Shown here piece by piece: positions 24,601 to 38,244 of a stretch of 64,000 bases of DNA. Position 1 is the stretch's first letter. Each line of letters opens with the position of its first letter. The translations under genes and the position numbers were made by a program. The notes below the pieces were generated by a model. That model did not search any database and had not been told where the DNA came from. It was given only the letters and a program-made list of their open reading frames with translations. The stretch comes from Antedon mediterranea. Its lineage: Eukaryota; Animalia; Echinodermata. The stretch lies in NCBI RefSeq assembly GCF_964355755.1, contig NC_092673.1:26347648-26411647 (forward strand). Reading direction: 5' to 3'.

Positions 24601-27600
24601 TGTACTATTGATCTTTTAGAGCAGTGTTGCAGAATGCTAGGCCAGGGAGATAGGAAAGGTGGCTCATTATAGAGGAATTTTTGAGGAAAGCGTACAGTAA
24701 TCTATAAATTGTAGTCTCTAGCAGAAAGCCTGTAATATACTTTAGATTGAGTGCAGTATACAGTCTATCAATTCTTTTTATTTTACAGTAATTTTATTCA
24801 TTGGAAAGTTTGAAAAGAAATGATCAGGATTGTAAATGTCATGTTATACTGTAAAAAAAATGCAAAATATAGTATAAAACATGTAAAAGAAAGGGAAAAA
24901 TAACCCTCGTTAATTAGATTTGCTTGAAAATCATGGCTTTTCGTGATCTGGGAGGATGGGATACCTTGTCATTTTTTTAGAAAATGTATAAGTTTAATTA
25001 TTATCTAGTATATCTACTATTGTTTTTTCAGACTGCTGAAATGAAGTTCCATGATTTGAAAGCTGATTTTAGTAAATACTATAAAGGTAACAAATACCTG
25101 TGGTTACGGTTTGTATTGTTTGATCAGTTAGCTTTAGAGGATACCTGTAAAGATAATGAGGCTATTGATCTACTCAATGCACTACAAGAGGAAGGTGTTA
25201 TTACTCATACTGAAGTTCAGCTTCTTCTCGAGATTGCCATATTGACCAAATTGAAGGAGGTTGTAGATATTGTACTTCAGTATATCATGGAGTGTATGGA
25301 AGATAACAATGTACAAAATAGAGGTGAAAACAAATTATCATCTTACAGAGGAAAATTGTTTAAAGCGTTGAGACAAGTTGACCCAGATGCATTTAATGAA
25401 ATTATTGCCTGCTATGACCTGAACGTTTTTAATTTTCAAAATATTTGGGACGTAGTTTTTAAACTTGAAATCAAAGGACAGTTGGCAGATGAACCAGATA
25501 AAATATCCAAATTTGCACGCTGCCTTGGACAACGTGCAAAAAACATATTGCTAGATAGAGGTATGTATAAGACGTTTTTTTGTTGGTTGGTACAGTAATA
25601 ATTCTAAATTACAAAGCAAATAATATAAATTTTTGTTTTTATATTATGTTTTACAGTTGAAGAATTCATAAGACCAGAGGGTATGTTTTATACTTAACAA
25701 CTAGATCAGATATATCAAAGAAGATGGTGCATCATAAATACGTTGGAGAAAAATGATATATAGTTGTTGATATTTCAATGTTGCATAATATAGAATAGGA
25801 AAAACTTCAAATTTAATTTTAAAAAAATAAAAAGTTATTAATTGGAGGTTGAGGGTTCAAACTTGCAACACAGGGGATAGCATAGTGCTGGATTTAAAAA
25901 TATCAAATGAACCATTGCTTGTCATTGAAATTACTAAAACATCAGAAATAACTGCTTTAAAACAAACCTCTCACAAGTGGAAAACCTCCTGCATGAAGAT
26001 ATTTCTCAAACCTAAGAATGTCCTCGTATGAAAGAGTACAATACTAGTTTTTATTTTTTTCTTGATGGAATTGGTCCAACCAAAAAAGAAATTGAATAAT
26101 GAGTAAATTGATTCAAAATAAGTAGATTTAAACCACAAAATCAGTAAGTATCTTTCATGCTAAAAGCAGTACAAAGCAATGAGAAAAATATAAACACTGT
26201 ATTTTTATTTTTTATTTTTTTACAGTTAAACCTGGAACATCAAAAGAATTCAAGAGACAAACTAGTCCAGAGGGTATGTTTTATTTGTTATCGTGACAAG
26301 TGTAATGCTAATCACTTACCGAAAAACCTTTATAGAACTCCTGTGGGCTTCTTTTTTATATGGGCTTCTTTTAGAGATGGGTTTCTTTTAGAGATGTGTT
26401 TCTTTTCAAGATTACTTTTACAGTACATACTAAACTAAATTTTTGTGAATTGCAACTACAATAGGACTTTTGAGACATTTGAAACATCATTATAATCCAC
26501 AATGACACTCGAAAATGTCCCTGTAAGAGAGAGTAAGCAATAACAGTTTTTTTTTCTTGATGAAATTGGTCCAACAACAACAAAAATAGAATAATAGGTA
26601 AATTGATTCAAAATAAGTAGGTTTAAACCACAAAATTAAAATGGTATTAATCTACTGTCAGTAAGTATCTTTCATGCTAAAAGCCGTACAAAGCAATGAG
26701 TCTACAATGGAAAAATATAAACACTGTATTTTTTTTTTTACAGTTAAACCTGAAACATCAAAAGAATTCAAGAGAAAAACAAGTCCAGAGGGTATGTTTT
26801 ATTTGTTATCATGACAAGTGTAATGCTAATCACTTACCGTAAAACCTTTATAGAACTCCTGTGGGCTTCTTTTAGAGATGGGTTTCTTTTAGAGATGGAT
26901 TTCTTTTCAAAATTACTTTTACAGTACATACTAAACTAAATTTTTGTGAATTGCAACTACAATAGGGCTTTTGAGACATTTGAAACAACATTATAATCCA
27001 CAATGACACTTGAAAATGTCCCTGTAAGAGAGAGTAAGCAATAACAGTTTTTTTTTCTTGATGAAATTGGTCTAACAAAAAAAAAATAGAATAATAGGTA
27101 AATTGATTCAAAATAAGTAGGTTTAAACCACAAAATTAAATTCAATTCAATTTCAATTTCTTATTTCAATTCAATTTCTTTATTGCTGCAAATGCCATCA
27201 AGGATATCTGCTTAAACATACATCATACAAACATATACATATTTACATTTAAAATTGTTGTTATCAAATGGTATTAATCTAGTGCTAAGCAGTACAATTT
27301 TAGTAAAGTCTGCAATGGTAAATATAACCGGAAATTGTATCTTTTTTGTTTTACAGTTAAACCTGGAACATCAAAAGAATTCACAAGATCACCAAGTCCA
27401 AAGGGTATATTTTATTTATTATTGTAACTGAAAATGACAGCCGTAGTTTAAAAATCAATTATTTTAAAAAGAAGATTTAAATACAAATAATATAGTTATT
27501 TCAAAATATATACCATTATATTATAACATTAGAGCTTTATGTATCACAAACATCTTTTCACTGCCAACAATTGTCAGAAATTGAAAGATTATAATAATTA

Positions 27601-30600
27601 CATTTAGTCAGAAAAGACTTGTATCTGTGAAATTAATTATTATTTTGCTTGATTTGTTGACTATACTTCAACAATTTAACTTTTTAGTCTTATTTAATTG
27701 TTAGATGAAATTCCATATTTTATTACTGCTCGTGGAAAACGTGCTAAGGAAGCATACATTGAAGCCTTGAAAGAGGGTACTGTCAAAGTCAATCTTGGAA
27801 TGCTAAAAGTGATCGGACAGGAAGCAGTGGGTAAAACATGCCTCATAAATGCCTGTCTTGGAAAGAAGTAAGTACTAGTTAAAGTACAGTGAAATGAAAA
27901 TTATAAGAAATAATTTTGTGAATCAAGTATACAAAATAACGTAGGCTTTTTATTGATAAATTTTTTTAATAAACCAGCATGGCAGCACAGTTTATTATTG
28001 GTTCCAAATTATATTTACTTCAGATTTGAGGAAGACCATGATGTTACAAATGGCATAGCAGTGATAAGAACTGTAAGCAGAAACTGGACAGAGGATAAGG
28101 ATGATAGTGGTAAACATGAAGACATTTAGTTGTAATATAGTATACAAATAAAGATTGTTTATGAGTTGTTTGGTAAAGATATTTCATGAGTTGAAAGATT
28201 GACTGCTACATTCACGTTTACACATGTGGATGTTCACAGTTTGGTCTTGAGAATTTTTTTTTCATACGTATGAGACAAATTTCAATGTAAAAAAGGTGTT
28301 AGTCAAACACCATGTGACCCACAATCATCCAATCAAATTATAGAATATATTTTAAGGTGTGTGTTAATATCATATACCCATCATCGTATACACAAACAGT
28401 CCCACAGCTCCTAAACTTTGAAACAATCTTCCTAATTCAATTCAAAATGCACTATCTGTCAAGGTTTTCAAAACCTTTTTAAAAACCCTTTATCTTGAAG
28501 CACTTTGGAACAATAGGTATTGTTAAAAGCTCTATATAGATTTGAAAACATTAACAACCATTGTCTATTATTTCAGCTCATATTGAAGATAACTTGAGAT
28601 TTTAATAAGCATTTGTGGGGTCACTAAGATGGTTTGTTGGTATTTATGACAATAACAATGAAACTCTAAGGGGATCAAAACCTTGGACAATATAATATTA
28701 TGTTACGACACCCTGTTTATTTGGGTTTTTACTATAGATTGTCCTACACAACTATACACCAAATTGGTCACTGAAAAAGTGAGGGCAAATGAAAGTTCAC
28801 CTACAATTGATGTACATGCCAGAATGAACACCGATGGATCAATTGAGAAAAAGAAAGACGTGAGTATACATAGCTGTAATTTCTAATGTACAGTAAATTA
28901 GATGTATGTTGAAATAATATTATTACCAAAAATGGAAAATTCAACTATAAATATAAAAATTTCATGGCCTACTACACATTTTCTATTGCAAATCAACCAA
29001 ATAAAAATGTGCTAAATTATTTTATACTAGATGGTACCCTCGCTTTACTTGCGTACCATCTAGGTTTTTAAGTATCTAACAAATGGCAACCAAAATGGTT
29101 TATGTATTTGTCAACATTTGTTATAACACTAGTACTACTACTATAATAACTTACTATTGCAATAGTATAGATCGAACGGTTTTAAGTTTATCCCCCACAG
29201 GCCCATAAATTAACCTAATATTGGTGAGTTAGAGATTGGAATGTTCATTCATCACCAATCAATATGTTTGTATAAACGTACAGTACAGTATATTAAATCT
29301 ATCAAAATCATATTTTTTTAAGAAAATCGGCTTTTCTTCAACATTACAGCTGTACTTGAGCTGTTCAACAGCTATTAAAAAAATTATCGTAGAAGGAGAT
29401 AGGTAAATGCGAAGCATCTTCGTATTTTTGTGTGCAGGTATTTTTCAGCATCGACATCAATTAGACAGTGTATATCATGATTTGAAAACCCCCCTATTTG
29501 GACCTAAATTTGTTTTAATCGTCAATAACTAATTATCTAACTCAACTTAATTAGTAAACAGGGTTACATTAGGTGGTTAAAATCAGTACCAAACGTATGA
29601 ACCATCAAGTAATAATTCTAGAAGTATCGCACGATTTACCAAATTTTGCCCTTACGTAAATTTATATATAGATTCAAATTACTATACTGAAAACAATTTG
29701 TATTGGAGTGTAAAATTAGTTGGCCTTTTTACAAATTAAATGTTTTTAAATTTTTATTTCTGTTAGGACAAAGGTAATGAAGTAACTCGGAATACACGTA
29801 AGTTTTTTTTTTATAATTGTTCATTTTTAAATTAAAGATGTATTACAATTTCCATGACCATCGTAAACATAATTATGTTTTTGCATTCATTATAAACTAA
29901 TTTTTACACTCAGAAATGAACAGGAAAAGATCTACAAAGAATATGGAACATGGAACTGAAAAAAGAAAGATAGATGTGAGTACATTACTGTAATTTGTAA
30001 TTTACAATAGATTTGGTGTATGTTGAAATATAGTATTAAATTAAATTTTAAAAAAAATGTTAATGTCAATTTATATTTTATTGTATATAGGTTGATGGGA
30101 CAGTGGCTACAGAAGGTCTGTAACTTCTCTTTAATTGCTATTCTCTTTCCCCCCCCCCCCCCCCACCCTCATGAATAACAAGTGACTTTTGATTGGTCAC
30201 AATACTTGCATTTCACAAACATTTTTGCATTGTAGCCTTAATGAAAAAATATGAATTTATAGTGTTTGTGATTATTATAATTACTGTATGTTGAATTGAT
30301 TGTTGATGTGCAATTCTGGGAGACAGAAAAATCCTCTCCTTAAATTGTAAATAAAGGAGCATTAACAAATATTTGAATAGAATTGCGCATACAGCAGCAT
30401 CAGCGACTTCTCGTTTACATGACGAGCCGCACAGTAAAAAGTAACAAGATTGGTGCGTCTTGAAAACGAAGCATTGTGGCGCGATTCTATTTACCACTTC
30501 AGAACCAGAGCAGGTGTTAAAGGTCCTTAACACAGAAGCGAGATTAAATTATTTGTGCAACAATGATGGTAAAATAAAGATTTTTTATTTACTATGCTAA

Positions 30601-33600
30601 TGACTAAAATACTGACTACAGCAATATTGATAATGACAATTGAATAATGATTACATTGATGACAATGATATGCTACAATGATATTGATTGATGACACACT
30701 CCGATAATGGAACTACTACAATATTATACCATGGACTTGATTATAGGTCCATGAATATACTACTGTAAAATATGACAACAGAATACTATTTCTACTATAG
30801 GTACTGAAATTCCATTTGATACTGAAGACCAGTTAGATAAAGATACAATTGAGGATATTGTGCAAAATAAGGGTGGAACCTTTAACAATACTTTTTACAT
30901 CTGGGATCATGGAGGCCAATTGATATACCATGGTATTCATCGGGTAAGTTCTAATAAATGTAATTGGCTTGTACACACCATGTTATTTTTAGTATAAATG
31001 TTTATTAAAATAAACCAATAATAAACTTTCCAAGACAGTTTCATCTAGCTTAGCAGCAAGACTTCATCATTTGTTGTGTTTTAAAGTAACTTAGCCTATT
31101 ACTACTTTGAAACCAGATCAAATTATTTTCACATGAACCGCCATTGTACTGTAGATAAAGTTTTTAAGAATCTTTTATTCATTTTAAAATCATAATTTGT
31201 TCAACATTTGACATCAAAGCATATGTTAAATATAAAAGTGTTCAGTATGCTACCTTAGCATAAACCAATGTTGGAAAATACTAGAAATTAATTTCTTATA
31301 CATTAGTTAATTAAATTACATTAATTTATGTGTTGAATTTATATCAATTGTGCCTTTAAATTTGTATTAACTATTGATATCAAAATCTATTCTTCCAGAT
31401 CTTCATGACAATACAATCACTTTACGTTGTAGTGTTTGATCTCAGTAAAGGCCTTGATGATCCTGCTAAGGTCATTGATTCAAGTGGAGTAAGTAAAATA
31501 AGTTTAGCAGTTAAAAGATGCCATCTCATACATAATATAATAATATAATATAATATAATATAATGTATTCTCTATTTGTACAGGAAACACGTACACATCA
31601 TTGGACCAATCTTCAATTCATATTATCTTTCATCCTGACAGTTTATTCTCATAGCCGTATTGTGGAAGAAGATGAGGAGAATGAAGTTCACAAACCAACT
31701 ATCCTTATTGTGGGTACACATAAGGGTAAGCTTGGCAGGACTGAGGAACAGCAAAATGTTGAGGTTAATTCTCTTTTGGTTCTAAATTATTAAAATAGTT
31801 CAACACTTTTATTAGGCTTACATTTATAAAAGTTTTTAAATTTTAATATAATTAAAATGTGTCTTTAAATTGTTTACAACCAGGCAGAGAAGGTGTTTAA
31901 GAACCTTAAAGATGTAATTAAAACAAAACCATATGCAAAACATGTGTATCACCGTTACTTTGCCATCGAAAACAGCCGACAAACTACAGATAAGAGCTTT
32001 AGTGATCTCAAAGAAGTTATTGATGAACTTATGACTGCTTTAGAGAAAGAAGTTCCTTTAAAATGGATGCGTTTTCGATGTGATCTTCATGGTCTAAGGA
32101 GCAATACATCGGTTTCTTTGTGTCCTTTGGAAAAGGTAAACATTTCTCAAACATTAACAATGTAGAAATAATATCTAGATACAACAGCTTTAGTCAGTCT
32201 ATTTGAATTTATTCATTGTAAAAATGAAGTATTTATTTAACATTGATTCACAAATTTATTTTAAAAATGAGATTTGACACTAAATAATGACAAAGTTTGT
32301 TATCTACCATTATCATTTATTAAAGTGATTAAATGTTTCAAAATACATCTGAAAAGTACTTATTATTACCTGTAAGTAAATTTTATTACAAAGCAATTTT
32401 GATCTTCTAGATATAATTGTCTTCCTGAAAAAATGTTACACAATTTTTTTAAAGCCCAATAGGTTAAATTTAACCTTTTGTATTTTTTTAAGTAAAATTT
32501 TTATTTATTTTTTTTTGCTGTGGAAGCGAATAAAAATTGTTTATGTTTTAGATGACAACCTTTAAGCTGATTGATGTTTACCCATGGCCATATTTAAAAT
32601 CCCACACACAATTTATTATCCCTTTACACAAGGATATTAATATGTTAGAATGTTTGATAATGTAAAAATACACAAAATTAGTAATGAAAAACAAAAAAAT
32701 AGGAATAGTCTTTATTTATTTATGGATGTAGGCCAACTGAAATCAAACTATGTTCTAATTATTATTTCATTTCATTTATTTATTTCACTTTACAAATATA
32801 TAAATATAAAGTGGAGGAGCCTAAAAGAAAGCAAAGCTTGTGGTGAATAGGCTCCTCAAAACAAAAAAAATAAAATATAAATAATATAACACAATTGTCA
32901 TTTCCTAAATCACCCAACAAATAGCAATAAAACAATGCTAAAATCCATAAAGGTATTTTATTATACTGTGGTAGAATAACAAAGATGTCTGTTGTATTTC
33001 TGAATAATAATCATTGTCACAAACTTCTATAATGTATGTTTCTGAAAATACTTTAAGAACTCCCTTGTGACATAGAAGTATACACATAAAATCCACAAAG
33101 TTGTAAAATAACTCAAAACACAGCTTTAATTTCCATCTTCTAACTTCAACTTTTAACAATCCAGTACACTTTAAACAACAGCTTCACAATAACTCCAAAA
33201 ATCCAACCTTCTTCAAAATATACGTTCAATGAACAATCCTTCTCCTCTCTTACATTTTATTTATTTATTTTAACCATATTTAATGAGCGTGATCCATCCA
33301 GCATTTGCTGATCATTTGGGACCCTCAGAACAGATACAATATACAAAATACAACAAAAACAGAAAAATAAAAGAAAAACAAAAACCAAAATATAAAATTA
33401 ATTACATAAGACTAAAAATCAGAATAAGAAAATTTGAAATATAGAAAATAACTGATATGTTAAATAAAGCAAAAATATATAATATATATAAATATTTAGA
33501 GCTACTATTTTACAATTTAAAATCTGGAAAAGGATTACATAGTTTTGAGAAAAGTCTAGTTTTGAAAGAGGAAAAGGATAAGGAATTGCGGATAGATAGA

Positions 33601-36600
33601 GGAAGATCATTGATTGTCCTACTTCCCCTTATATACATATGGTCATAACCTTCTAGATCATTCCTTATACTTCTTACTCTATTGGATTACAGTTTCTATA
33701 AATAGTATACTTCTTGAATGTTCCTGATTGTTCTTATATTAATTAATTGTTCTTATATTAACTAGAATGTTCATGTACAGTAGGTACTATGTTACTGTAT
33801 AATGTTAAGGAATGGTAATTTATTACACTCTTCATTTCTTTAGCTCAAAACGCTGGCGAGTAAGAATGGTATTGTTGACGAAAATGAGCAATCAGTCCTG
33901 CTTACCTTCTTGTACGATCTTGGTGAAATTATTTTTATGCCTGACAAAAGAGATCAAGCGGTGTTAAATCCGATGAACTTGGTTGAAACTGTCAAAGCCT
34001 TTGTGACCGTCATTCCATCAGAGATTCCAGTAAGTAGCCTCAAATACTATTATATTGTAAAAAAGTACTACCAGCCAATACAACCCAGTAGGCCTATTGT
34101 TATTTGTTTCTGGAAAATTAACATTACATTCCAAATGCATATAATTTTGATTTATTAATTTAATTGGACATATTTTTTAAGGTTTTAATGTGATTCATTA
34201 GTGTCACACACAAACACCCCTCCCCCTATAGTACAAATAAATACAAAAACACTAATTAATGGTGGATGTTTTTTAGACGGCCATTTACAGAGATGCTTTT
34301 GATAACCTTGACAAGGGCATACTGGAAGAAGACTTGTTGCGAAGAATATGGAAAAAGCGCAAAGTCGATGTTGAAAAGTATTTTAAGTTTCTTGTAGAAC
34401 TGATGATTCAATTTGGTTTCATTTGTAAGATGGAGACAACCAGTAACCAAGACATAGAAAGTGCATCTACAGTAGGATTTTGTTTCTTTATGTATCCACA
34501 TTGATAATAATGTATAAAATTCATTATGGTTTAATAATTGATGAATGTCAATTTTACTGAATTATTTAGGTACACATTCAGAAATACACTTTATATTGAA
34601 TGTGTAATTTGTTTAAAGAAATTTAAATGTCATTTTTTGCAATTTCAGGAATCCAGTGTAAAGCGGTCATTCTTTGTGCCACTGCGCCTTGCTTTCAAGA
34701 CATCAACTGAAGCGAAACCAGTGCCTGATGATTCACAATCTATCAGTGTCTATTACGACTTTAAGGGATATCTGCCAGACGTATTGTTTCCATATACAAT
34801 TATTGAATTCCTCAACAAATTTCAAAAGGAAGGATTTGTCCCACAGCTATCATGTGATCATGCAGAACTTTACCTTGACCAGTACCATCATGTGACTTTA
34901 TCTCTCGTGAAATTCGTAACCAAGAAAGATGAGCGAAAGTTCTTGTTAAAGGTACCAAACAATCTACAGAATCAATAGATAATTACTATTTTGTTTTAAT
35001 TTGATAATTCAAGCATAACCTTTCCATTGAACAGCTGCAAGTTATCAGTAGTATGTATTTGTTGTATTCTAATATTGTTCAATTTATTGATGGTGTAATG
35101 CATTGTTTAATCATAGCAACTATTTTTATTTAAAGATGACTATTAAAAGAAAAGAAGCTCATCACAGTAGTGATAAACATGAACTGTCCCCTGAAGCTTG
35201 CAGAAAGGTATGTATAGTTTGTTTAGAACGCAATATTTGTTTTATATTTTTATAAGATATATTCTCCCTATGAAAAAACTATTTTGTTCAATAGGCTATT
35301 TTATTTTCACATAATTATTCATTTTGACCAAAAAGTGGAAAGTGGTTATAAAAGAAAATATTTACCTAATAAAACCGTAATAAGAAAGAAAAAAAAAGAA
35401 GCCCATAGAAGTTTTTGATTAGATTTATTTAACTGTTTGTTTTATCTTTTTTATAAGCAAAGTAATTATTTTTTGTGGGTTTAAATTAGTTTATTAAAGC
35501 TACAAACATTTGTTTAAACATTTTTTCATCTTTTTGGGAACAATACATCTTTAATGTTTACTAGTATAAAGATCTTTAAAACTAAATACACAATTTAACA
35601 TTTTATTAAATTGTTTTATACTATTAGTACAGTGTTGTTTATTCAGGGGGTTTAGTATTCTTATTAGTAAATAATGTATATTAATTATTCTACTATAAAT
35701 AATAATATCAATAATGCTATGATATTCAGATAGATATTTATTTAATTTGTTTTTTCTTTTTTAATTGTATTGTAAATAAGTTAATGCATATGTTTTAAGA
35801 ACATGTGTTGCTAATTCAATGAAATATTCTGCCTCTGCCATTGCAATTGGCTTCATGTTGTTTGAAATCAACATTCAATTTTTATCTTAGGCTTTGTCAA
35901 CCGTTGAGATGTCATTTGAACATTCTAAAGATGGAGATAGAAGAGGGATTCAATTTTACAGATGCATTCCATGTGATTGTAGTTGTACATCAGAAAAGAA
36001 GCATATTCAAATACTAGAGAATTTCCAGTATGAGATGTTGCCATGCAATGGAGATGGCATGGATGTTACACGTTACAAACGGCTATTTGGAGGTAAGAGT
36101 ATCTATTGAAGTTTGGTGGATGAAATTGTTTGACTAGTAGTAGCCTATACAATTAAATGATCTTTTAAAAATCTAATCATGGCATATTCAATTTAGCTAG
36201 CTTATGCCGTCACCTCCAAAATTTTGAACATTACAGTGCAGTTTAAATGTGTTGCAACTTAGTGAAAAGCAACAGTAATTAATGCAACAATATTTTTTAT
36301 TTTTTTTCTAGATGAAATTAAGCCAACAAAAGTAACAGAAACAGACCAAGGTAAGTCTTAGAAAAAATAAATTAAATTTGACAGTTTTGCTTTTGATATT
36401 CTGCATGATCTGAATGGAATAAACATGTTGAGTACAATATGTATGGGATGGGAATGTGAGTAGAAACTGACTTTTAATATTTTGTCAAGATAAAGATTAA
36501 AAAATGTATTGTCCCCCCAAAACATGAAAATGATTTAAAATAGGCCATTTTGCAGTTTTAATAAAGTTATTCACTTCTGTAAAAAAAAAAACAAAAAAAA

Positions 36601-38244
36601 AATCATTATTTCACTTGTAAAAAGAAATGGTTAATTTCAACCAAAATGCTTTAAATTACATTTCTTTCAGGTAAATCATTTTTTTCCCGATCCAGTTTTT
36701 GGTCAAAGTGAATTATACAATAGCTATTACAAAAATAGCATATTAAAAAAAAAAATTGGAAAAAGAAATGTTGGGGGGGGGGGGGGGAGAGACAATATAT
36801 ATCTTTAAATGGTTAAAAATACCAATTAGTGCATTTTATGTAACAAAAAATACTGTAACTGTAATTATAAAATGTTATCACAAGAATTAAAACAATATTA
36901 CCATTAACAGTCTGCTGATTCTACCTACTACAATTTGTTTTAATGCTTAAACAAACTATTGAAGAATAATAGTCCTTGTTGAAATAAAATAATCTTATTT
37001 CAAATGATAAGCGAACAAAACAAAATCAGTTCTTTTTATTATTGTATGTGAATTAAAGACTATAGTGAGTGAGTAGAGCAACCAACTGGAAAAACATACA
37101 CAGGACTGTTTACATTGCATTGTTGGTTGGGTGATTGAGCAACCCAGATCAATTTTATTTTCTTTTTATACTGACCGATAATTCTACTGTTTACAATCCA
37201 GGATTACACAATTCTGAATAAATTTTTTGGCAGTGTAAAATTGTATAACTGTCAGGCGCAGATTTAGGCAGGGGCTAAACAGGCTTTGGCCCCCTCTAAA
37301 ATTTAACAGCCATGTCTTTTAAAATTAAAGTATAATATTTTTATTTTTCAACTGATTTTATCATTTGAAATAAATCCCCTGCTAGATCCTAGAACATTAT
37401 TAGAATGTTGTATTCTCTTTTTCGTGGATTGTGATAATAGTATTGATGAAAATAGTTGTAATAAACATAATACATTTTACAGTTGACAGCAATCAATTGG
37501 AAGACAAGTTCAACAAGTTAAATGATGATCTAAGTGAAGTCTTTATGAAGTTGAAGAAAAGCTATCTTTTTTTGAGATGTTGTCTCTTTGAGCACATTGA
37601 ATTACAGGTCCTTGCATCTCAAAATAGTATAGCAAAGAGTTTATTCAATGAACTCTATGCTAAACGATATATCAAACCTACTGACGTCAGCCTTTTGCTA
37701 GAGGTTGTGAAACTATCCGAAAATAAGTATGCAGAAGATCTTGTAAAACAGTATATGGAGGACAACAATGTTCAAAATGCTGATGAACAAAAGCTGTCCC
37801 CGTACAGGAAAAGATTGTGCCGGGCATTGACAGAGTTTGACCCAAATGAATTAAACAAAGTTAATGCTTCCTATGAAATGGAATCATTAACCATTTGGGA
37901 TGTAGTTTTTGCACTAGAAAGCAAAAAAAAGTTAGCAGATAAATCACAAAAGGAGAGGTTTGCTGAGCTTCTTGGAGCAATACCAAAGGAAATACTATGT
38001 GCTGGTATGTATATTGTATCTTATTTTAACATGTTTCAAACAATATTTACATGCACAGTATTATATAGATAGATTAACTCTATTACATAGCATCTAAAAT
38101 AGATTCCTGTCATTTGATTGGTCGAATGTGGGTCATGTGATAAAAACATGGGCAAAAAATGTCTTCACCCATTAAAAGGAAAAACATTTGTTTCTTATCT
38201 TGTTTGTATCTGCTAAACTTATTTTTTTGCTTTTAGATTCATGA
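21087..38244 (+). CDS. ROCO-family GTPase with three tandem-DED modules (tDED-tDED-Roc-COR-tDED), ~1343 aa, ~25 coding exons
   Basis: Phase-compatible GT-AG exons: 21087-21684, 21865-21920, 25032-25560, 25657-25680, 26226-26273, 26744-26791, 27357-27404, 27705-27867, 28024-28109, 28738-28859, 29767-29797, 29914-29975, 30091-30115, 30801-30943, 31399-31488, 31584-31763, 31884-32135, 33844-34029, 34277-34471, 34649-34951, 35136-35207, 35891-36092, 36312-36350, 37483-38004, 38237-38244 (alternative last exon at ~39089). Motifs: GQEAVGKT (P-loop), TNGI, WDHGGQ, VVVFDLS, IVGTHK, EVPLKW, FLYDLGEII. Confidence 0.85.
22764..23677. mobile_element. MULE-like MITE with long TIRs
   Basis: GGGTGTCACGAAA...TTTCGTGACACCC with ~90-bp inverted subterminal repeats. 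Flanking direct repeat GGTAGGATAC (8-10-bp TSD depending on the end call). Confidence 0.9.
24038..24200. mobile_element. Harbinger-type MITE
   Basis: TIR AGCTCTGTCTACACTTTCAAAC / GTTTGATAGTGTAGACAGGGCT, flanked by TAA / TTA. Confidence 0.75.
25032..25560 (+). CDS. ROCO exon: tandem DED module 2
   Basis: FHDLKADFS...WLRFVL...AIDLLNALQEEGVI..EVQLLLEI...LSSYRGKLFKAL...NIWDVVFKLE. Confidence 0.8.
26030..27410 (+). repeat. Tandem duplication (~520-610-bp unit) carrying three 48-nt phase-1 microexons
   Basis: Exons VKPGTSKEFKRQTSPE, VKPETSKEFKRKTSPE and VKPGTSKEFTRSPSPK with near-identical flanking introns. Confidence 0.9.
27705..32135 (+). CDS. ROCO exons: Roc GTPase domain and start of COR
   Basis: IPYFITARGKRAKEAYIEALKEG (typical invertebrate pre-Roc helix), IGQEAVGKTCL, FEEDHDVTNGI, IWDHGGQLIYHGIHRIFM, ILIVGTHKG, FAIEN, EVPLKW. 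Confidence 0.9.
29026..29672 (+). mobile_element. Helentron/HINE-like non-autonomous element (partial inverted copy at ~22040-22295)
   Basis: Starts actagatggtac...gtaccatctag (hairpin) and ends cttacgtaaatttatatatagat. The reverse-complement end is seen at 22040. Confidence 0.45.
33844..36092 (+). CDS. ROCO exons: COR domain and Cys-containing C-terminal region
   Basis: LLTFLYDLGEIIFM...VLNPMNLV, GILEEDLLRRIW...LVELMIQFGFIC, FFVPLRL, YLPDVLF, CIPCDC...H...LPC. Confidence 0.85.
37483..38004 (+). CDS. ROCO exon: C-terminal tandem DED module 3 (symmetric phase 1-1)
   Basis: AKSLFNELYAKRYIKPTDVSLLLEVV...LSPYRKRLCRAL...TIWDVVFALE. Confidence 0.8.

Noticed and set aside
32737-33700. Short ORFs in the long COR intron
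   Set aside because: They look like decayed minus-strand LINE 3' ends, and the exons on either side already join in phase 0.
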